DNA of 26,834 bases from a virus. Lineage: Duplodnaviria; Caudoviricetes. The stretch lies in IMG/VR virus record IMGVR_UViG_3300006123_000048, positions 1-26,834 of that record; one strand, given 5' to 3'. Made by a program: the position numbers and the translations under genes. Positions 1 through 8,444 of the stretch are shown in pieces. The notes under the pieces are model-generated. The model was not told the DNA's origin and ran no database searches. It saw nothing but the letters and a program-made list of their open reading frames with translations. Positions within the stretch are counted from its first letter, which is position 1. Each line of letters begins with the position of its first letter.

Positions 1-2
1 AA

Positions 3-329
3 CTTGGAGTAGACGTTTTAGCAAAGGTGGTGTTCTCGTTTAGTCCGGACATCATTATGTCGCCGCTATCACTACCTAGGGACGTATTACATCCTTGGGT
101 AGATGAAATTTTGCACACCATTGATAAAGGTGCCCTGTACGACATACTTGTACAACTCAAAACAAGACCCACTTTTGCTGAACAATGGCCTGATACATAT
201 CAGGCAGGTTTACTGCGTGGTAAACAACGCATCCTAAGACTTGAACAAATACGAAAAGATCAGTATACTTTTAGAGATATAATGTCTCTAAGACCTGCGG
301 CCTTGGAATGGTATGACTCAATCAGTTAA
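3..329 (+). CDS. 5'-truncated protein, C-terminal part; possibly the tail of a phage radical-SAM-type protein
   Basis: Frame is open from base 3 (LGVDVLAKVVFSFSPD...) to the stop at 329 and overlaps the next gene. No catalytic motif lies in the window, so the family is a weak guess from context. Confidence 0.6.
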   Translation, partial: LGVDVLAKVVFSFSPDIIMSPLSLPRDVLHPWVDEILHTIDKGALYDILVQLKTRPTFAEQWPDTYQAGLLRGKQRILRLEQIRKDQYTFRDIMSLRPAALEWYDSIS

Positions 330-1398
330 AGTAATCTTACGTAATCCATTAAACGTCACCGACATCGTTGACTATACCATTACAGCCACGGATACAGAGT
401 TGGCGCAGGACTGGATTGCAGCATTGAAAGTTGAACTGCAAAGTGGACGCCTGTTGGAAAAGAACTTTTGCTTTATGGGCTTCCCCAAGACTGCTCGTAC
501 ACTAGAATACCTGTGTGCCGAGTTGGCCAACCATATTGCAACTATAAACCAATTCTTTCCTGACTATCAAATTACAGAACGCTACACTCCCGATACCGTA
601 CGCGGTTTTGACTATGCTGAAAATGGCATCAATCATGAGACCATGAATCTACTGCACAATCACTTTGAACGCCTGCAAGGCACCGTGGGAGGTCTAAGTA
701 ACTGGTACAGACGTGCAGACTATGCGACAAAGTATGCCATCAGACAACTAAACAATATCTGTCATGAAATGGAAAACTTGATCTTGAGTCAACGCAAGTT
801 AGCAACAGATCCTTACTGGGTACGCCCTAGCCAGATTACCACATTCCTGCAGGCACAGCGGTACGATCTCAAAGACAGCCATAGGAAAGGATTCCGCACC
901 AATGGCTACAATCGTGTGTTAGGTGGAGTTTATATGCATTGGACGCAGATAGGTAAGACTTTGTATGAAGTGTTCCGTGACGAAGGCGCACCCGAACTTA
1001 CTGATACCGTATGCGAAGCTATCACAGAACTGCGATATTATTCTGGCGAGTTTGATGTAGAGTGGGGCAATGATGTAGTTGTCAACGGTGGTCATCCTTG
1101 GCATGATCAAGAGCAGGCAGATTTTTGTCGTTGGTTAATAGCCAATGGACGTGACCCACTGGATACTCAATTGAGTCTTGGGTACTTGCCCTTGGGACAG
1201 ATAGAACTACAGGCCAGTTTTGGTACTACCGATTATCAGCAGATATGGGATATCCTAGGCAGTCACCTGGATATCTACAAAATAGAAGTGGATGGTGTTG
1301 TGGGTCAATTTGACTATTGCTGGTCAGACCCTGAGTATCAACAGCAACAAATTGACATGATGAAACCTGGATATGATTATAGTAGCCGCTGGATGTAG
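313..1398 (+). CDS. Hypothetical protein (361 aa) with His/Glu-rich helical motifs
   Basis: Long ORF overlapping neighbours at both ends; motifs LHNHFE, NNICHEME, YMHWTQIGKT. Confidence 0.85.
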   Translation: MTQSVKVILRNPLNVTDIVDYTITATDTELAQDWIAALKVELQSGRLLEKNFCFMGFPKTARTLEYLCAELANHIATINQFFPDYQITERYTPDTVRGFDYAENGINHETMNLLHNHFERLQGTVGGLSNWYRRADYATKYAIRQLNNICHEMENLILSQRKLATDPYWVRPSQITTFLQAQRYDLKDSHRKGFRTNGYNRVLGGVYMHWTQIGKTLYEVFRDEGAPELTDTVCEAITELRYYSGEFDVEWGNDVVVNGGHPWHDQEQADFCRWLIANGRDPLDTQLSLGYLPLGQIELQASFGTTDYQQIWDILGSHLDIYKIEVDGVVGQFDYCWSDPEYQQQQIDMMKPGYDYSSRWM

Positions 1399-2188
1399 CT
1401 TCATTTGGGGCACAGAATTGAAAGATTGCCGCCACCATGGACCCATGGGGTATAGTCTGTCAACCTGGCCTGCAAATTTAGCAAAAAATCAAAATGCCGA
1501 TTATGCGTGTGTTGCAGAATCAGGTTGCGGTAATACAATTATTGCTAGAAACATTATTAATTTTTGTGAAAATAACACGGATGTATTTCCTATAGTGCAA
1601 TGGACTTGGCCTTTTAGATTTGATTTCAAAGCGATCGGTATCAATGCAACCAAGTGGGAAACACTCGGCCCTTGGCAAGCAGATGAACAATTTAGACCTG
1701 GCGAAAAATTAACAGAAGAAGATGGCCTGTTTGAATACGCAAGAAAAAATAATGAAAAAGCCAAAATGACAGGTATTGATACTTTGGCCAATGTATTCTT
1801 TAAGTATGTAGGTTCGCACGAGTATTGGCCAATATATTCTACATTTAAAGAAATTGTGTTTTTGCAAAATTATTTAAAAAACAAAGGTATTCCTTATCTG
1901 TTTACCTGTGCCGATGCCACTAGCCTGTTCTATAACTATACGGTTGAAAAGGAAAACGATCCTTTTATAAAAGATTTGTTAAACCAAATTGATATGAATA
2001 ATTGGGTGCTTTTTCCGCCCGGCACTCGCGGCGATGAAACCAAAACGCCAAGAGGTTTTTACCAGTGGGCTGTGGAGAATAAATATGCTATAGCCCCCGG
2101 CGGGCACCCACTTGAGCAAGCGCACATAGACGCATCTACAATGATGCAGGAGAAATTCAATGAATTGGTTAAAGAGCATTTACAATAG
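1373..2188 (+). CDS. SGNH/GDSL-like hydrolase or acyltransferase (paralog 1)
   Basis: N-terminal hhhhGCSF (block I Ser), SGCGN, VQWTW and C-terminal GGHP (block V His). Confidence 0.75.
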   Translation: MIIVAAGCSFIWGTELKDCRHHGPMGYSLSTWPANLAKNQNADYACVAESGCGNTIIARNIINFCENNTDVFPIVQWTWPFRFDFKAIGINATKWETLGPWQADEQFRPGEKLTEEDGLFEYARKNNEKAKMTGIDTLANVFFKYVGSHEYWPIYSTFKEIVFLQNYLKNKGIPYLFTCADATSLFYNYTVEKENDPFIKDLLNQIDMNNWVLFPPGTRGDETKTPRGFYQWAVENKYAIAPGGHPLEQAHIDASTMMQEKFNELVKEHLQ

Positions 2189-2261
2189 AATTACCTTAGA
2201 ATTACGCTATCGCAAAAAGTTACGAGAACTGCGTAAACGAGATCCATTTATCTACAAATGA
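2160..2261 (+). CDS. 33-aa basic microprotein MNWLKSIYNRITLELRYRKKLRELRKRDPFIYK (not in ORF track)
   Basis: Translated by hand. Fills the gap between two SGNH genes; its TGA overlaps the next ATG (ATGA at 2258-2261). Confidence 0.75.
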   Translation: MNWLKSIYNRITLELRYRKKLRELRKRDPFIYK

Positions 2262-2914
2262 AAATACTAGCAGTAGGCTGTAGTTTTACTTTCGGCATGG
2301 AGTTGCCTGACTGCCCGGCCAGTAGTTACAATAGTGACAAAACGCCTAGCAAGTTTGCCTACCCGGCTGTATTGGCCAACAAGTTAACGGCTGATCTTAC
2401 CAATCTAAGTTTGCCCGGCGGCAGTAACGGTAGGACCTTTAGAACCGTATTGGATAATTCTGTTAAAGAAAAATATGACCTGATTATTTGCCAGTGGACC
2501 GATATCGGCAGAGCAGACCTACGATACGAGGGTAAAGATTTTCCAGTTACAGCAAGTAGCAGATGGCTTGACAATGATTTTCCCTGGATAACAGAATATT
2601 TCAAAAAACATTATGATCCAGAACATAGTTATCAAATCTGGATAACTCAAGCAATCGCTCTGCAGAATCATTTTAAATTGTTGGGTCAGCGTTATGTATT
2701 TTTGAGCATGATGTCAATGCAGGACAAACAGGGAAAAAAGTTTCCTCACCTGATAGAGCAAATTGATGCTGACAATTATTTAGGGTGGGAAACGGATGAA
2801 GCAATGGTAAATTGGATGGGACTTTGCCCTAAAGGCCCAGGCGGACATCCACTAGAATTAGGACACGAAAGAATTGCAGAAAAAATCTATGAACATCTTA
2901 GCAATCGGGGATAG
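2258..2914 (+). CDS. SGNH/GDSL-like hydrolase or acyltransferase (paralog 2)
   Basis: MKILAVGCSFTFG, NLSLPGGSN, ICQWT and GPGGHPLELGH. Confidence 0.8.
   Translation: MKILAVGCSFTFGMELPDCPASSYNSDKTPSKFAYPAVLANKLTADLTNLSLPGGSNGRTFRTVLDNSVKEKYDLIICQWTDIGRADLRYEGKDFPVTASSRWLDNDFPWITEYFKKHYDPEHSYQIWITQAIALQNHFKLLGQRYVFLSMMSMQDKQGKKFPHLIEQIDADNYLGWETDEAMVNWMGLCPKGPGGHPLELGHERIAEKIYEHLSNRG
2843..2896 (+). repeat. 54-bp direct repeat, copy 1 (copy 2 at 3492-3545)
   Basis: ggacatccactagaattaggacacgaaagaattgcagaaaaaat(c/t)tatgaacat; one mismatch between copies. Confidence 0.95.
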
Positions 2915-3572
2915 TTTTACTTTTGGTGAAGAATTACCTGACGTTCCGGCGCCGGGTGTCAATGGTAGAACCTGGAACAATAGACCGCCTGCCAGTGCTT
3001 TTTCGTATGCAACACTATTGGCAAAACAACTGGGTGCAACTATTACCAATTTAGGCATGCCTGGCGGCAGTAATAGCAGAATTTTCCGTGTGGCCATGGA
3101 CCAATCTAGTCTTGAAAAATACAATATAGTAATTTGCGGGTGGACTGAAATATCAAGACTTGATATACAATACGGGCACAAAGATTTTCCAGCTGGCATG
3201 CATGGCCGAGGAGCATCATTGGCCAAAGACAAATTTCCATGGGTAAAAGACTACTATAAATTAAATTACTCGGATGATCATGCTTATTACACATGGCTGG
3301 CTCAATTGATTGCCTTGCAAAATCATTTTAAATTTATTAATCAACGCTACTTGTTTTTAAGTATGCAAGGAATTTCTAGCATTGATTCAAAATTTGATCA
3401 TTTAGTTGACCAGATTGATACTGACTACTATATGGGCTGGTACAAAGAAGGGATGATGGAATGGATGAGCGATTGCCCTAGGGGACCGGGTGGACATCCA
3501 CTAGAATTAGGACACGAAAGAATTGCAGAAAAAATTTATGAACATATTGGGAATCTCGGCTGGCTTCCATGA
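2889..3572 (+). CDS. SGNH/GDSL-like hydrolase or acyltransferase (paralog 3)
   Basis: ATG at 2889 gives MNILAIGDSFTFG; NLGMPGGSN; GPGGHPLELGH. Clear paralog of 2258-2914. Confidence 0.8.
   Translation: MNILAIGDSFTFGEELPDVPAPGVNGRTWNNRPPASAFSYATLLAKQLGATITNLGMPGGSNSRIFRVAMDQSSLEKYNIVICGWTEISRLDIQYGHKDFPAGMHGRGASLAKDKFPWVKDYYKLNYSDDHAYYTWLAQLIALQNHFKFINQRYLFLSMQGISSIDSKFDHLVDQIDTDYYMGWYKEGMMEWMSDCPRGPGGHPLELGHERIAEKIYEHIGNLGWLP
3492..3545 (+). repeat. 54-bp direct repeat, copy 2
   Basis: Matches 2843-2896 at 53 of 54 positions; contains the carbamoyltransferase ATG. Confidence 0.95.
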
Positions 3573-5016
3573 TGCTGCCGCTACCGTACTAAACGATTCG
3601 GGCGAAATACTTTATGCTGGTCACGCCGAGCGTTACAGCAAAATCAAGAACGACCCCGACCTGCATGAAGCAATGTTTTGGGAGTTAGCTGATGGTCGTC
3701 ATATTGATCATATTGCCTACTACGAAACTCCCTGGAAGAAACAGCTACGTCAGCTGTACTCCGGGCAAGGCATAGAATGGTCAAAGCTAACTACCCGTCA
3801 AGTACTTCGTCAACAACTGGGCGGATACTTTAGTAATGTTCCTGTCACCACACACAATCATCATTTAAGTCACGCGGCGGCTGGATTTCAAACCAGTACA
3901 TTTAATAAAGCCACGGTAGTTGTTATTGATGCCATAGGCGAATGGGATACTATCAGTATATGGGGTGCTCACTATACCAATGGTCGAGCTGAGTATCACA
4001 GACTATGGGGGCAACGCTATCCACATTCAATTGGTCTGTACTATAGTGCCATGACAGCCCGGGTAGGGTTAAAGCCCTTGGAAGAAGAGTACATAATGAT
4101 GGGCATGGCTGCATACGGTCGCCCTACTGCTACTACTTTCATTAAAAATGCTGTAATTCAAGATGAGCAAGAAATAACATTTCGACAGAATCTACATGCT
4201 GGAGTTGATGATACTTTTTTGGTTGGAGTTCCCAATGAGGAAATCGCCAGTTCGGCTCAGGCTTTTTGTGAGAATTTGATATATAATGTTATGCGTCGTG
4301 CCAAAGACTTTGGTTGGAGCCGCAATTTGGTTTACATGGGAGGGGTAGCCCTAAACTGCCTCGCTAATAGAAATCTAGGTGAATACTTTGAAAACGTTTG
4401 GATCATGCCTAATCCTGGTGATGCTGGTAGCAGTCTCGGTGCGGCCGCTCTCGTCTACGGAGGCCCTATCGATTTCAAAAATGCATTCCTCGGTACAGAA
4501 ATTAGCGGAGACTATCCCGTCACTGCCGTCCTTGATCATTTACTCACAGATAAAATCGTTGGAGTTGCTTCCGGACGTGCAGAATTTGGACCCCGAGCCT
4601 TGGGCAATAGAAGTCTCCTCGCCGACCCCAGAGGACCCGATATAAAGGATCGAGTAAATGAAATCAAACGTAGACAGCAATTCAGACCATTTGCGCCGGT
4701 CATTTTGGAGGAGCATGTCAATGACTATTTTGACATGCCTCGTGGTTGGGTTAATAGTAGGTATATGCAGATTGTCGGTCGTTGCCGGCGTTCTGACTTA
4801 TTTCCTGCTATTGTTCACCACGACGGCACTAGTCGTATACAAACGGTACCAGCAGATGGTTCTGGAATCAGAGAACTCTTAGAAAAATGGTATGTGGTAA
4901 CAGATTGCCCTATGTTACTCAATACCAGTCTCAACATCAAGGGCGAACCCATGGTCAACGATCGTGCAGATGCAGATCGTTTTGAACAAATGTACAAGAT
5001 AAAAGTGTGCTCATGA
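3538..5016 (+). CDS. Carbamoyltransferase, NodU/CmcH/TobZ family
   Basis: MNILGISAGFHDAAA, ERYSKIKND, HHLSHAA, DAIGEW, MGMAAYG, GGVALNC, EFGPRALGNRSLLADP, RPFAP, DGTSRIQTV, LNTSLN. Start moved to ATG 3538. Confidence 0.95.
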   Translation: MNILGISAGFHDAAATVLNDSGEILYAGHAERYSKIKNDPDLHEAMFWELADGRHIDHIAYYETPWKKQLRQLYSGQGIEWSKLTTRQVLRQQLGGYFSNVPVTTHNHHLSHAAAGFQTSTFNKATVVVIDAIGEWDTISIWGAHYTNGRAEYHRLWGQRYPHSIGLYYSAMTARVGLKPLEEEYIMMGMAAYGRPTATTFIKNAVIQDEQEITFRQNLHAGVDDTFLVGVPNEEIASSAQAFCENLIYNVMRRAKDFGWSRNLVYMGGVALNCLANRNLGEYFENVWIMPNPGDAGSSLGAAALVYGGPIDFKNAFLGTEISGDYPVTAVLDHLLTDKIVGVASGRAEFGPRALGNRSLLADPRGPDIKDRVNEIKRRQQFRPFAPVILEEHVNDYFDMPRGWVNSRYMQIVGRCRRSDLFPAIVHHDGTSRIQTVPADGSGIRELLEKWYVVTDCPMLLNTSLNIKGEPMVNDRADADRFEQMYKIKVCS

Positions 5017-5579
5017 ATATCTTAATTTGTGGGGATAGTTTTTCTGTTCCAGTGGCCAATGGGTGGGCCGATCAATTGGCTCATCAATATTCCGTTACTA
5101 ATTTATCACAGGCCGGTATCAGCGAATACAAGGTATTGAAACAGCTACAATCAATTGCTGTTACAAACTATGATTGTATAGTTGTTAGCCACACCAGCGT
5201 ATCAAGAGTACATATCAAACAACATCCTGTACACACCGCCGGACTACACAAGGACTGCGACCTAATTTACAGCGACCTAGCATCAGTAGATTTGTACAAT
5301 CCAGTGGTGTTGGCAGGATTGAACTATTTTAAATATATTTTTGATACAGAATATTATGCAGACATATACAAATTACTAACAATGGAAATTTGGGAACTGA
5401 CCAAAAGTGTTCCTACGTTTCACATGACATTTTTTGATAATCCAGTCACATACCCTTTTTTCTGTAATTATCTAAACAACATATTTAAACAATACCCAGG
5501 ATCAGTCAATCATTTGAATGAACAAGGCAATCAGCTGGTATTCAACAAAATCGCACAATGGATCGACAGCGAATACTGA
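5013..5579 (+). CDS. SGNH/GDSL-like protein (paralog 4)
   Basis: ATGA overlap with the carbamoyltransferase stop; MNILICGDSFS, NLSQAGISE and NHLNEQGN. Confidence 0.75.
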   Translation: MNILICGDSFSVPVANGWADQLAHQYSVTNLSQAGISEYKVLKQLQSIAVTNYDCIVVSHTSVSRVHIKQHPVHTAGLHKDCDLIYSDLASVDLYNPVVLAGLNYFKYIFDTEYYADIYKLLTMEIWELTKSVPTFHMTFFDNPVTYPFFCNYLNNIFKQYPGSVNHLNEQGNQLVFNKIAQWIDSEY

Positions 5580-6304
5580 TACAAGGATCCAGCTGGTCAG
5601 TTGGTGCCTGGACCAAAAGTTCAACTCCCTTGAGCGACGATCCGGCACCCGGGGGCATTGCTGAACTCTTAGGGCAGATACACGATGTAACCAACATCAG
5701 CGTAGGTGATGATTTTAATATTGGATCATGGACAAGATTGGAAGCACATTTACAAACACAATCCAATTATGACCTAATTGTAATTTGCCAAAATGATCCG
5801 CTTAGAGACCTAATTATTTTACGCAGTGAGGATTCGCCCTGGCGCAGACAATTTGGATGGGATATCCAAGATTTGGTTGAGCAACAGATTGATTCTGTTG
5901 GTAAACTGATAACATTCCTGTTAAATTTGTTTTACAGCAAGTTGGCCACAACAGGAATACCAACCGTGATATTTGCTGGACCAAGTCAAGTTGATGTTGA
6001 GTTAGCCCAGCAGTATGGACTAACCGCAGTAGTACCAAGTTGGACCGAAGTACTGGTCCCTGGTGCTGGATCGGTGCTGGAAACTGGGCAGGAATTGGAG
6101 TACGCTGTGGCTCAATTGATGGAATTGTTTCCTGACAATCAGCAACTGCTCAAACAAGAACTGATAAATTATGCCGGTGCCATTGAAAAGTTATTAAATA
6201 CATGGAAAACAAATCCTGACTTATTTGCTTATCATCATCCCACACCCCGGGGAAATCAGCTGTTTTACAATTACCTTACTTCACAATTACAAGGACTAAT
6301 ATGA
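5558..6304 (+). CDS. Divergent SGNH-like protein (paralog 5)
   Basis: ILIQGSSWS, NISVGDDFN and C-terminal HHPTPRGNQLF. Confidence 0.6.
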   Translation: MDRQRILIQGSSWSVGAWTKSSTPLSDDPAPGGIAELLGQIHDVTNISVGDDFNIGSWTRLEAHLQTQSNYDLIVICQNDPLRDLIILRSEDSPWRRQFGWDIQDLVEQQIDSVGKLITFLLNLFYSKLATTGIPTVIFAGPSQVDVELAQQYGLTAVVPSWTEVLVPGAGSVLETGQELEYAVAQLMELFPDNQQLLKQELINYAGAIEKLLNTWKTNPDLFAYHHPTPRGNQLFYNYLTSQLQGLI

Positions 6305-7137
6305 CACAACGAATTTTAATTATGGGCTTGCCAGGCGCAGGCAAAACAACTTTGGCAGGTGCATTAAAGCGATATCTAGAGGAGCATGGTGATATCACCT
6401 ATGCTCGTGCTCTGCAAGAATTAATACATCCTCAAGTTGAGGTAAACTGGTTCAATGCTGACGATATACGTCGCAAGTACAACGACTGGGATTTCAGCAA
6501 TGATGGACGTATTCGTCAGAGCTTGCGTATGTTTCAGTTCTCAATGGAAGCTGGTGGCGACTATGTTATCTGTGACTTTGTTGCACCGTTAGTTGAGATG
6601 CGTAACAACTTCAAAGCCGACTGGACCATCTGGGTAGACACTATCCGTGAAGGTCGTTATGCAGATACCAATGCTGCGTTCGTTGAACCTGAGCACTACG
6701 ATTTCCGCATCACAGAACAGGCGGCTGAAAAGTGGGCCGAGTTCATTGGCAGTCACATTGTGGATAACCGTCGCAGACCCACCTTTGATTGGCAAAAGGA
6801 AACTGTGCAGATGTTGGGTCGTTGGCAACCCTGGCACGATGGGCACCGTGCCTTATTTGAACGACTACTTGCACGTACAGGACAGGTCATTATTCAAGTG
6901 CGTGATGTGCAAGGCTGGCAAGGATCAAACCCTTTTGCTATAGATCAAGTTAAATCGTTTATACGTCGTGATTTGGATCCCTTGTATCAAGGCCAATACG
7001 AAATACAAGTTGTTCCCAATATTGTACACATTGGTTGGGGCCGTGGAGTTGGTTATACTGCTGGCGAAGAAACCTTTGATGAAGCAGTAACTGATATCAG
7101 TGCTACAAAAATTAGAAAGACTTTAGGACTTGAGTAA
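6301..7137 (+). CDS. Adenylylsulfate (APS) kinase-like P-loop domain fused to a HxGH nucleotidyltransferase (cytidylyltransferase-like) domain
   Basis: GLPGAGKTT Walker A, NADDIR, DFSNDGRIRQ, CDFVAP, FVEPE; then GRWQPWHDGH and ISATKIR. Confidence 0.85.
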   Translation: MTQRILIMGLPGAGKTTLAGALKRYLEEHGDITYARALQELIHPQVEVNWFNADDIRRKYNDWDFSNDGRIRQSLRMFQFSMEAGGDYVICDFVAPLVEMRNNFKADWTIWVDTIREGRYADTNAAFVEPEHYDFRITEQAAEKWAEFIGSHIVDNRRRPTFDWQKETVQMLGRWQPWHDGHRALFERLLARTGQVIIQVRDVQGWQGSNPFAIDQVKSFIRRDLDPLYQGQYEIQVVPNIVHIGWGRGVGYTAGEETFDEAVTDISATKIRKTLGLE

Positions 7138-7315
7138 GAGATTGGCCAAGACCTTGACCTGGCGCATAGTTGGGTCTACCAGTACATTTTTGATCAGTTA
7201 TGTGATCACAGGACAGGTGGTGGTATCGAGTACTATTGCGGTAGTGCAGGTTGTGGCAAATACTGTCCTGTACTACCTACACGAAGCTATATGGGAACGG
7301 CCTGCCCGGTTTTAA
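7130..7315 (+). CDS. Small membrane protein, DUF2061-like
   Basis: LAKTLTWRIVGS...LYYLHEAIW pattern with two hydrophobic segments; TTG start. Confidence 0.75.
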   Translation: MSKRLAKTLTWRIVGSTSTFLISYVITGQVVVSSTIAVVQVVANTVLYYLHEAIWERPARF

Positions 7316-8444
7316 TATCAAGCCGGTAGGGTGGTTCAAATCGATAGAACTGGCTGATGTGTTTGAATTTGTCTTTGAGCTCTTGCCATTCGCCTCGTGC
7401 AAATGCAGGATCGTTGAATAGATTGTAGTTGTGATCTAACACAGGTTGCATGTCTCGCAACATTGCCAGTTGTTGATCTGGATCCATGGTTGATAAGTCA
7501 CGTAAAATTTCAACCACAGCCTGCATACGTAGAATAGGATCCTCTATAGTGTCGTATGATTCGTCCCAGAAGTCACCGAAAGTACGGAATCCATAACTGC
7601 GTAGGTATGCTAAATTGTGAGCACATCCAAGCAAGAGAAAAGGCATGCGAAGTATAATAGGTTTAAATATCTTTTCTGTCAGGTGTGTTTTTTGTTGCCA
7701 ATAACAGGTTTCAGTTACTACAAATACAAAACTTTCCATCAAGGCCGGCAGTGGACTCAGCAACATACTCTGATTGGGAATATAGTCAGCATCGCCAAAG
7801 TCTATTCTCAGTTCGGGCAGTTGTTCAAGGTTAGTGATAGCGTCGTTGACCACGTGACGATCCAAGTTGCTGGCACGTAGATTATCGGCAAAGTCTCCAC
7901 CGTCGGGACAATTTTTACTAAAGCTGACATGCCCGTGGGCCAGCAGGTTTTGTTTGTGTAGCTCATTTACAAATAAACTGCGGTATATGCGTTCATTGCT
8001 GGTCAGTCGATTAAAGGTTATGTAGGTACGATTCAAGGTACGATCCGCAGGAGCAACAATGCCTGGCAAGTAGTCGTGAGCACGGTACCAGTCAGCCGCA
8101 GCAAAGATATGAAAAAAATAATCTATGTCGGCAAACCCATAATGGTTGCAGATTTTTGTTTTTTCTTCGCTGTCACGTTCAGTGCTAACTAATACAAACG
8201 GACCCAGGAAATTGTTGACAATGTGATCAAACAATGGTTGATTGTAAACAAAGTTCAAGGGTTCTTGATCGTAGAATATAAACATAGGACCACGGCGTTC
8301 GTCATGAGCGCCATCGTGTCTGAGTATTTCAATGTTTTCTGGTTGAGTTGATCCAAAAGGGTGTAGATATATTGCCCTGGGATCTGTTATAATAGTTCGT
8401 AGGTATTGATAGATATTCTCATAATGATTGGCAAGATTATACAT
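7287..8444 (-). CDS. Putative glycosyltransferase-like protein
   Basis: 385-aa ORF with VVTET...LTEKIFKPI...PFLLLG...GFRTF..WDESYD, reminiscent of GT-B/GT10-like C-terminal motifs. Function inferred. Confidence 0.6.
   Translation of the reverse strand: MYNLANHYENIYQYLRTIITDPRAIYLHPFGSTQPENIEILRHDGAHDERRGPMFIFYDQEPLNFVYNQPLFDHIVNNFLGPFVLVSTERDSEEKTKICNHYGFADIDYFFHIFAAADWYRAHDYLPGIVAPADRTLNRTYITFNRLTSNERIYRSLFVNELHKQNLLAHGHVSFSKNCPDGGDFADNLRASNLDRHVVNDAITNLEQLPELRIDFGDADYIPNQSMLLSPLPALMESFVFVVTETCYWQQKTHLTEKIFKPIILRMPFLLLGCAHNLAYLRSYGFRTFGDFWDESYDTIEDPILRMQAVVEILRDLSTMDPDQQLAMLRDMQPVLDHNYNLFNDPAFARGEWQELKDKFKHISQFYRFEPPYRLDIKTGQAVPI
8364..8393 (+). promoter_or_regulatory. Candidate sigma70 promoter inside the opposite-strand gene, upstream of ATG 8443
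   Basis: TAGATA-18 nt-TATAAT with extended -10 TGtTATAAT (8385-8393). Confidence 0.5.

Noticed and set aside
2843-3545. 54-bp repeat as a CRISPR repeat, att site or DGR template/variable pair
   Set aside because: Only two copies, both coding; no integrase, cas or reverse transcriptase gene in the window; the single mismatch is C/T, not adenine-specific.
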